From positions 1-11,677 of the IMG/VR virus record IMGVR_UViG_2711768074_000029: a stretch of 11,677 nt of DNA; one strand, given 5' to 3'. Position numbers and translations under genes: made by a program. Under the pieces are notes generated by a model. It searched no databases, was not told where the DNA came from, and saw nothing but the letters and a program-made list of their open reading frames with translations. Every line of letters starts with the position of its first letter. The stretch's first letter is position 1. The DNA comes from a virus. Taxonomy: Duplodnaviria > Heunggongvirae > Uroviricota > Caudoviricetes. Below, one piece after another: positions 6,305 to 11,677 of this stretch.

Positions 6305-9112
6305 ATGACGGCAGAGTACATCAGGGACTGGCAACAACCGCGCCACGCAGTGGGGCGTGAAGGAACGGGGATCCCCGTTCCTGAATCCGCGCTTTCCTCC
6401 TGGCTGGATGCCTACCGGGCAGAGAACGAGCGCCGCCAGGAAATGGCTGATGCGGCGTTCTCCGCCACGCCGCTGGGCAACCTGATTAATAAAAGCCTGG
6501 ACGCACAGGAAAAACAGGACAAAACCATCACACTGGCAGGAGACGCCAGAAAACAGGCACGCGGCGCGGTGGATGAAGCCATGGCCTCGCTGCGCCTGCT
6601 GCCGTCCTATCTGCGCGATCCGCTTATTCGCCACCTCTCCTTCCTGCGCAAAAAACAGGAAGCCGATCGCCGGAAAGGCAAAAAGAGCTGGCAGGCTGAA
6701 CGCTACGCGCGCGGAACCCTGCGCAAAATATTCGAACGTCTGGACCGCACCGACCACCGCTGGCTGACACCGGGTTATCGCTCCCTTGCCGGACGCGAAC
6801 GCCTGGATGATTTGCTTTACCTGCCGCAGCTCAACCAGCACCAGATACAGACGCTGGCCACCATGACGGCGGCGATGTTCAGCAGCACCTTCGAAAAACT
6901 CTGCGATGGCTTTGGCGCGACCGATGGCGAACTGACCATGGATGTAACGCTGAAGGCGTATCAGATGCTGGCCCGCATGGCGTTACACCTGCACGCCATG
7001 CCGCCACATTACGAAGCTCTGAACAAGAGCGATCCGGATACGGAACTGTTACCGGGCGCAATCCTTCGCCTGACCTGTGCGGAATGGTGGAAACGCAAAC
7101 TGTGGCTGTTACGTTGCGAGTGGCGGGAAGAACAACTCCGCGCCGCCTGTCTGGTTTCCAGAAAAACATCACCCTATCTGAGCCAGGACGCGTTAAGCGA
7201 GTTTCGCGCACAGCGCGAGAAAACACGCGATTTCCTGAAAAGTTTCATGCTGGAAAACGAAGACGGGTTCACGATTGATCTCGAGACAGTGTATTACGCG
7301 GGAGTAAGTAACCCGGTTCACCGTAAGGCAGAAATGATGGCCACCATGAAGGGACTGGAACTTCTGGCCGAAGCCCGTGGCGACAAAGCGGTGTTTCTGA
7401 CCATCACCTGCCCGTCAAAATACCACGCCACAACAGAGAACGGTCATCCGAATCCCAAATGGAACGGGGCCACCATGCGCGACTCCAGCGATTACCTGGT
7501 TAACACGTTTTTTGCGGCGGTCCGCAAGAAACTGAACCGCGACGGCCTGCGCTGGTATGGCATCCGCACAGTGGAGCCTCACCATGACGGCACCGTGCAC
7601 TGGCATATGATGGTCTTTGCTCATCCGGAAGAAATCGACACCATTGTGTCCCACACCCGCGATATTGCCATTCAGGAAGATCGTCACGAGCTGGGTGATG
7701 ATATTACCCCACGCTTTAAGGCGGAGTACGTCGACGGCTCAAAAGGCACGCCAACCAGCTACATCGCCACCTACATCGGAAAGAACCTGGACAGCCGCGC
7801 CGTGGATGGTATCGACCCGAAAACGGGCAAGCCACGCGTTGACCACGAAACCGGAAAATCAATGGCCGAGAGCGTGGAGCGCGCCATCGGCTGGGCGCGC
7901 CTTCACCGGGTCCGCCAGTTCCAGTTCTTTGGCATCCCCTCCCGTCAGGTGTGGCGTGAACTGCGCCGCCTTGCCAGCCAGATGGCACGCAACCCGGAAG
8001 GCCCGCAACGGCTGAAGGATGACGCAATGGATGCAGTGCTCGCTGCCGCTGATGCCGGGTGTTTTGCCTCCTACATTGAAAAACAGGGCGGCGTACTTGT
8101 TCCACGCAAAGACTACCTGATTCGCACTGCCTACGACCTCGCAGATGAGCTGAACGATTACGGCGAACAGAGCGTACAGATTTACGGGATCTGGTCACCA
8201 CTCATCGGGGAGTCTTCCCGTGTGTGCACACATCCGGATAACTGGAAGCTGGTAAGACGTAAACCGGAAGCGGAAGACAGCGCCCGCGAAAATGGTTTTG
8301 ACCTTCAGGGCGGCCCTGCCGCCCCTTGGACTCGTGGCAATAACTGTCCCCGTGTACAGGAAACGGACAACAACGGGACAGAACAGCCGGAAGAACGGCC
8401 AGCACCGTGGCCGCAGCTCCCTGACGGCGTTGAAGTGAACGAATGGATGCGCTCACTGAAACGGCACGAACGCCGGACGCTGATGCGTTCGCTGCGTGAC
8501 AAGCAGGCAAAAAACAGCAGTGATGAAATGCAGAACTGGACACAGAGCCGCAAACAGCCACGGCCTTTGCCTGATAACCACGAATTACTCGCTAAAGAAT
8601 GGCGGGAATCTGCCGAATCTCTCGGCCTGTATATCGGTGAACAGCAGATGCAGCACCTGTTACGGGGCGGCAGCCTGTACGTTGACGGCAGCATCATTGC
8701 ACCACAGGGATTTGAAATTGTACGCAAACCGGATACCCGCCCGGACAGCCGAATCACGCAGCTCTGGCAGCACCTGAGCCGTAATCACGGCGTAAGCAGC
8801 ACGGAGATCCGCCATAACCCGGTCGCCAGCTATCTGGCACAGCTGGGGGCATCAGACCCCGAAGCCGCCGCACGTCTGGCATCCACACTTCAGCAGGACC
8901 AGAACACCATGAAAACCCCCGTTACCGTGCTTTCTGACATGCTGCGCGCCATCCGTGACGCAGAGCACGCACAGAGAATCAGTGAAACAACTGAACGCGC
9001 CCGCCGCAAAGCAGACCTGCTGCGGGGTGGCCTGACCAGTAGAAACAAAAAACAGACAGAAACGGGATTCACAAATCCCGTAAATGAGCAAAAAACGCGC
9101 CGCGATATATGA
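6305..9112 (+). CDS. A: Rolling-circle replication initiator (replication endonuclease), P2 gpA family
   Basis: 935 aa. HUH motif RTVEPHHDGTVHWHMMVF (about 7570-7620) and catalytic tyrosine pair SYIATYIGKN (about 7760-7790) match P2 gpA (RVVEPHHDGTPHWHMMVF; GYIAKYISKN, from memory). The N-terminal PRHAVGRE also matches. Confidence 0.92.
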   Translation: MTAEYIRDWQQPRHAVGREGTGIPVPESALSSWLDAYRAENERRQEMADAAFSATPLGNLINKSLDAQEKQDKTITLAGDARKQARGAVDEAMASLRLLPSYLRDPLIRHLSFLRKKQEADRRKGKKSWQAERYARGTLRKIFERLDRTDHRWLTPGYRSLAGRERLDDLLYLPQLNQHQIQTLATMTAAMFSSTFEKLCDGFGATDGELTMDVTLKAYQMLARMALHLHAMPPHYEALNKSDPDTELLPGAILRLTCAEWWKRKLWLLRCEWREEQLRAACLVSRKTSPYLSQDALSEFRAQREKTRDFLKSFMLENEDGFTIDLETVYYAGVSNPVHRKAEMMATMKGLELLAEARGDKAVFLTITCPSKYHATTENGHPNPKWNGATMRDSSDYLVNTFFAAVRKKLNRDGLRWYGIRTVEPHHDGTVHWHMMVFAHPEEIDTIVSHTRDIAIQEDRHELGDDITPRFKAEYVDGSKGTPTSYIATYIGKNLDSRAVDGIDPKTGKPRVDHETGKSMAESVERAIGWARLHRVRQFQFFGIPSRQVWRELRRLASQMARNPEGPQRLKDDAMDAVLAAADAGCFASYIEKQGGVLVPRKDYLIRTAYDLADELNDYGEQSVQIYGIWSPLIGESSRVCTHPDNWKLVRRKPEAEDSARENGFDLQGGPAAPWTRGNNCPRVQETDNNGTEQPEERPAPWPQLPDGVEVNEWMRSLKRHERRTLMRSLRDKQAKNSSDEMQNWTQSRKQPRPLPDNHELLAKEWRESAESLGLYIGEQQMQHLLRGGSLYVDGSIIAPQGFEIVRKPDTRPDSRITQLWQHLSRNHGVSSTEIRHNPVASYLAQLGASDPEAAARLASTLQQDQNTMKTPVTVLSDMLRAIRDAEHAQRISETTERARRKADLLRGGLTSRNKKQTETGFTNPVNEQKTRRDI

Positions 9113-9160
9113 AGCGCGCACAAAACAGGCGAAAACGGGATTTAAAAATCCCGTAAACGA
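9057..9160. promoter_or_regulatory. Two copies of an ACGGGATT(T)...AATCCCGT palindrome: candidate parC-like centromere / ParR operator
   Basis: Palindrome 1 at 9062-9081 (8-bp arms, loop caca) lies inside the gpA 3' end. Palindrome 2 at 9135-9154 (9-bp arms) overlaps a possible promoter (TTTAAA 9141-9146, 17 nt, ATTAAT 9164-9169) upstream of parM. Neither is followed by a T-run. Confidence 0.4.
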
Positions 9161-9188
9161 TTAATTAATCAACATAAGGAAAAGCGAC

Positions 9189-10148
9189 ATGAAAATTTGT
9201 ATCGACGACGGCTCCACCAACATCAAGCTGGCATGGACTGAGAACGGCGAACGCCGCAACGCCATCAGCCCGAACAGCTTCAAGTCGGAATGGTCTGCGC
9301 CGTTCGGTGGCACGCAGCCCGCGAACTACATGCTTGATGGCGTGCGCTATGGTTTTGATCCGGTCAGCGATCGCTTTGTCCAGACGACCGACACGCAATA
9401 CCAGTACAGCGATGTGAATGTAATCGCCATTCACCACGCGCTGGTCAAATCAGGCATCACACCACAGGAAGTGGATGTGGTTGTTACCCTGCCACTGAGC
9501 GAGTATTTCGACACAAACGCACAGCCGGACATGGCCAACATCAACCGCAAAAAAGCGAACGTTATGCGCCCGGTGGAGTACCAGAACGGCGAGGCATTCA
9601 CTATCCGTAACGTGCGGGTTATGCCTGAATCCATTCCGGCTGGCTTTAAAGCACTGGCTGACATGAGTCCGTTTGAATCCCTGCTGATTGTGGATTTGGG
9701 CGGAACCACGCTGGATGTGGCAAAGGTTCAGGGGCAACTGGCAGGTATCAGCCAGGTGTTTTGCGATCCACACGTAGGCGTTTCTCTGATGGCCGATGCC
9801 GTACTGTCGGTGATGGCCACTAACGGTATGCGCACCAGTCACCACATCGCCAATACCATTATCGAACGTCGCCATAATGAAGCCTGGCTGCGCCAGCACA
9901 TCCACAATGACGCGCATTACGCCAGCCTGATGGCGGTTATTCGTGAAAAGGAAGAAACACTGAAACAACGCGTGATCCGCGCGCTGGCGGTTTTTTCGGG
10001 TTACGGGCGGGTGATGGTTGTCGGTGGCGGGGCGGAGATTGTGGCACCCGCTATCCGCGAAGCCTGCGGAGTTAATGCGACTTTCATCGCGGACGGGGTG
10101 CCACAGTTTGCTCTGGTTAATGGGCTGTACGCAATGGACAAGGAGTAA
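9189..10148 (+). CDS. parM: Actin-like segregation ATPase, ParM/StbA family
   Basis: 319 aa. N-terminus MKICIDDGSTNIKLAW matches R1 ParM (MLVFIDDGSTNIKLQW). Further matches: YSDVNVIAIHHAL, NVRVMPESIPAGF, LLIVDLGGTTLD, VMVVGGGAE and the C-terminal LVNGLY. AAGGA SD 8 nt upstream. Confidence 0.9.
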   Translation: MKICIDDGSTNIKLAWTENGERRNAISPNSFKSEWSAPFGGTQPANYMLDGVRYGFDPVSDRFVQTTDTQYQYSDVNVIAIHHALVKSGITPQEVDVVVTLPLSEYFDTNAQPDMANINRKKANVMRPVEYQNGEAFTIRNVRVMPESIPAGFKALADMSPFESLLIVDLGGTTLDVAKVQGQLAGISQVFCDPHVGVSLMADAVLSVMATNGMRTSHHIANTIIERRHNEAWLRQHIHNDAHYASLMAVIREKEETLKQRVIRALAVFSGYGRVMVVGGGAEIVAPAIREACGVNATFIADGVPQFALVNGLYAMDKE

Positions 10149-10152
10149 ACCA

Positions 10153-10464
10153 ATGACGACACCAACCAGACGGATAAGTTTCTATCTGAAGCCCGCCGCC
10201 GTCAAGAACGAAGGAGAAGCATGCGCCTGGCTGGACAGCCTTACACCAGAAGCCCGCAAAAGCGGCCAACGCGTGGCTTTTCTGGCCGGGCTGGCACTTC
10301 TGAAGACGAATCCGGCAGAGGCTTACCGACTGGCCGCATGGGCTGATGATGAGATGTTACCTGTGACACAAATCAGCTCAAAAAAGTTTGAAGCACAGTC
10401 TGCACCAGTGGCTAAGATAACCAGCCAGATGGCTGGGAATATCCGGGCGTTATTTCCTGAGTAA
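10153..10464 (+). CDS. parR: ParR-like centromere-binding adaptor / repressor (ribbon-helix-helix)
   Basis: 103 aa from ATG 10153, with an AGGAG SD inside the parM 3' end. RRISFYLKP...LDSLTPEARKSGQRVAFLAGLALL aligns with R1 ParR (RRTIAFKLNP...LDSIPQGERSRLNRAALTAGLALY). The ORF-track start at 10018 overlaps parM and is rejected. Confidence 0.8.
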   Translation: MTTPTRRISFYLKPAAVKNEGEACAWLDSLTPEARKSGQRVAFLAGLALLKTNPAEAYRLAAWADDEMLPVTQISSKKFEAQSAPVAKITSQMAGNIRALFPE

Positions 10465-10592
10465 AAGCATCTGCGCGAAAAATGCTCACGTTTATAGAGA
10501 CAGTATCATTCCATTTGGCACACTTACTTCAATAATCGATCTGTTAAACAAATAGATTGTCTATTATCTATCGATTAAAACGATCAATTATC

Positions 10593-10620
10593 TTGACAGT
10601 AATGTGCCTTTTTGTAAGAT
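10593..10620 (+). promoter_or_regulatory. Near-consensus sigma70-type promoter with a GATC overlapping the -10
   Basis: TTGACA (10593-10598), 16-nt spacer, TAAGAT (10615-10620). GATC sites at 10535, 10582 and 10618. AT-rich repeats (ATCGAT, ATTATCT, ATAGAT/ATCTAT) lie just upstream. Confidence 0.4.
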
Positions 10621-10670
10621 CGTTCGCATTGTGAGCGACAAGATAATTGCGCGGCATTGTCCATGCAAAA

Positions 10671-10698
10671 CGCCCCAATAGCAGCAACTATTGGGGCG
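10671..10698. other. Perfect 11-bp-stem hairpin (cgccccaatag / cagcaa / ctattggggcg)
   Basis: Seen directly. On the minus strand it is followed by UUUUG; on the plus strand there is no U-run. Could be a leader structure of the plus transcript or a weak minus-strand terminator. Confidence 0.4.
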
Positions 10699-10726
10699 TA
10701 AAACTCGGTCGGACTCACTTAACCTG

Positions 10727-10811
10727 ATATGCGTGCCTTCCGAAGTAAATCAAAATGTGCGTCGTATATTTTATTGCTTACACGCACCTCTGTAAAGGCA
10801 CGCATATTTTT
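10727..10811 (+). promoter_or_regulatory. Long-range 13-bp perfect inverted repeat enclosing an inner stem, followed by a T-run, directly upstream of the orf89 RBS (attenuator- or operator-like)
   Basis: atatgcgtgcctt (10727-10739) pairs with aaggcacgcatat (10795-10807), followed by ttttt. Inner inverted repeat gtgcgt / acgcac. The GAGG RBS is at 10817-10820. Confidence 0.4.
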
Positions 10812-10828
10812 CCTATGAGGTAAATAAA

Positions 10829-11098
10829 GTGCGGGCTAAAACAGGTATTTGCAAGAACCCTCATCGTTATAATCCAACATTTCTGTCTCTCCCTGAATAT
10901 CAAGGACAAGAAGGTCGGCACAAATGCGCTGCCTGTGCTTTTGAGCTAGGCATAAAAGATGCGCTTGAAGGACGCGCTATGGCTCAGAATGATTTAGTTT
11001 TAGCTAACATTCCGTTTAGCCAGGCTGGAACTGTAAGGCACAGAGATGCCTATGAAGCATATGTTCGTGGTTGGCGATTAATAAACAGCAACAATTGA
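10829..11098 (+). CDS. Hypothetical 89-aa protein with a Cys/His cluster (C8, H12, H31, C33, C36); orphan transcription unit
   Basis: GTG start 7 nt after GAGG; stop TGA 11096-11098, followed 9 nt later by a strong intrinsic terminator. No family recognised. Confidence 0.6.
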   Translation: MRAKTGICKNPHRYNPTFLSLPEYQGQEGRHKCAACAFELGIKDALEGRAMAQNDLVLANIPFSQAGTVRHRDAYEAYVRGWRLINSNN

Positions 11099-11106
11099 TA
11101 CTTTTG

Positions 11107-11130
11107 AAGCGCCGATAAGGCGCTTTTTTT
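11107..11130 (+). terminator. Rho-independent terminator
   Basis: Stem aagcgcc (11107-11113), loop gataa, ggcgctt (11119-11125), then a 7-T run. Confidence 0.75.
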
Positions 11131-11131
11131 G

Positions 11132-11280
11132 TTTGCACGATAGTGCACAAGTTTGCACAATTTTTTTGAACGACTTTTTGTACTTCCGGCCCGCGTGGTG
11201 GCTGGATCCGTCAAGGATCCGTACGTGCACAAAAAAACGCGTTTTTTCTGCGCGCAGGTGACGGGGGAACAGCCCGCGTT
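11132..11280. other. Repeat-rich non-coding region: candidate cos / packaging region
   Basis: TTTGCAC at 11132 and 11152; GTGCAC at 11144 and 11225; direct repeat GGATCCGT at 11204 and 11215; palindrome A7-CGCG-T6 at 11231-11247. A G-rich segment ggtgacgggggaacagccc (about 11257-11275) partly resembles the P2 cohesive end GGCGAGGCGGGGAAAGCAC as I recall it (13 of 19). Lies between the replication/cargo genes and a leftward gene, as cos does in a P2 prophage. Confidence 0.3.
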
Positions 11281-11533
11281 TCAGGGGGTAAATAGCATTC
11301 CCTGAACGATGTCGCAGAGATAGAACAGAATGGCTGTATTTCTCACGCTGAGCGTGAAAAAGACGTGAGGGCTTTTGATTTGATGGGGTGAAAGGTAAGG
11401 CCGTCAAAATCGCACTGAGACGGCGAGAACATGCAGTCAACGCGGTGGGATTGCGTAAGAGTCTGACTGTCGATGATGGCAATCAGCAGGAAAGCGTCGT
11501 GAAATTATCTGACTGATACAGGAGCTGGAGAGT

Positions 11534-11558
11534 CGGGGCATAAATTTTTTATGCCCCG
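11534..11558 (-). terminator. Hairpin downstream of the leftward edge gene (possible terminator)
   Basis: 11-bp stem cggggcataaa / tttatgccccg with loop ttt. No clean U-run follows on either strand. Confidence 0.3.
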
Positions 11559-11584
11559 GCGAAGCAGCAGACAAGCGAAGCGCG

Positions 11585-11677
11585 TCAGGATGTGGGCTGG
11601 GTGTCTAACAGTGCGTAAGGGTTAAAGCGGATCACCTCTTCGCCAAGCCAGTCATTGATGTGCTTCATGGCCTCCAT
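11585..11677 (-). CDS. 3' end (last 30 codons) of a leftward gene truncated by the window edge; position matches portal gene Q of P2-like phages, identity unverified
   Basis: Open frame on the minus strand from the window edge to stop TGA (plus tca 11585-11587); C-terminal peptide ...KHINDWLGEEVIRFNPYALLDTQPTS. Assignment to Q rests on synteny only. Confidence 0.35.
   Translation of the reverse strand: MEAMKHINDWLGEEVIRFNPYALLDTQPTS

Larger units (their letters stand above)
209..11677. mobile_element. P2-like prophage segment (int-C / cox ... gpA / accessory cargo / candidate cos); boundaries not determinable, may extend past both window edges
   Basis: Gene order and orientation match the P2 early region: leftward C then int, rightward cox-like then small ORFs then gpA. 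Int, C and gpA translations resemble the P2 proteins as I recall them. Confidence 0.8.

Noticed and set aside
5768-6841. 357-aa minus-strand ORF
   Set aside because: Antisense to the well-supported gpA and its upstream gene; GC-rich antisense frames commonly stay open; translation is Arg/Ala/Gly-rich with no protein-like features.
7716-8757. Several minus-strand ORFs (7716..8201, 8202..8561, 8305..8757) and plus ORF 7617..8015
   Set aside because: All lie inside gpA in other frames or antisense; translations are low-complexity (R/S/C/P-rich).
9431-9968. Minus-strand ORFs antisense to parM (and 9165..9437)
   Set aside because: Antisense to a confidently identified ParM gene.
10018-10152. Upstream extension of the parR ORF (ORF-track start at 10018)
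   Set aside because: Overlaps the parM 3' end in another frame; ATG 10153 has an AGGAG SD and gives a ParR-sized product aligning from its N-terminus.
11050-11482. Minus-strand ORFs 11050..11232 and 11078..11482
   Set aside because: They span the terminator and repeat-rich candidate cos region; translations are low-complexity; no RBS.
1-11677. CRISPR arrays, rRNA or tRNA genes
   Set aside because: No regularly spaced direct repeats with unique spacers and no tRNA-like or rRNA-like sequence seen anywhere in the window.

Overview
This window reads as the integrase / immunity / replication arm of an integrated P2-like temperate prophage in an enterobacterial-type genome. On the minus strand sit repressor C and the integrase, followed by two tightly coupled small accessory genes (a Cys4 zinc-ribbon protein and a coiled-coil protein with a C-terminal membrane helix) that end at an intrinsic terminator. 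On the plus strand a Cox-like gene opens a chain of small early genes, interrupted by a ~320 bp non-coding structured island, and ends in the rolling-circle replication initiator gpA (HUH and Tyr motifs visible). Downstream of gpA, where phage P2 itself carries tin/old, this element carries a ParM/ParR actin-type partition pair with palindromic sites upstream, then an isolated 89-codon gene with its own promoter, structured leader and strong terminator, then a repeat-rich candidate cos region and the 3' tip of a leftward gene at the window edge. No rRNA, tRNA or CRISPR array was seen. The best candidates for undescribed biology are the integrase-coupled two-gene cassette (209..1005), the ParMR-plus-orphan-gene cargo after gpA (9057..11130), and the small antisense gene inside the early operon (3164..3400). 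All homology calls are from reading the translations and recalling reference proteins (P2 Int, C, gpA; plasmid R1 ParM/ParR); no database search was run.
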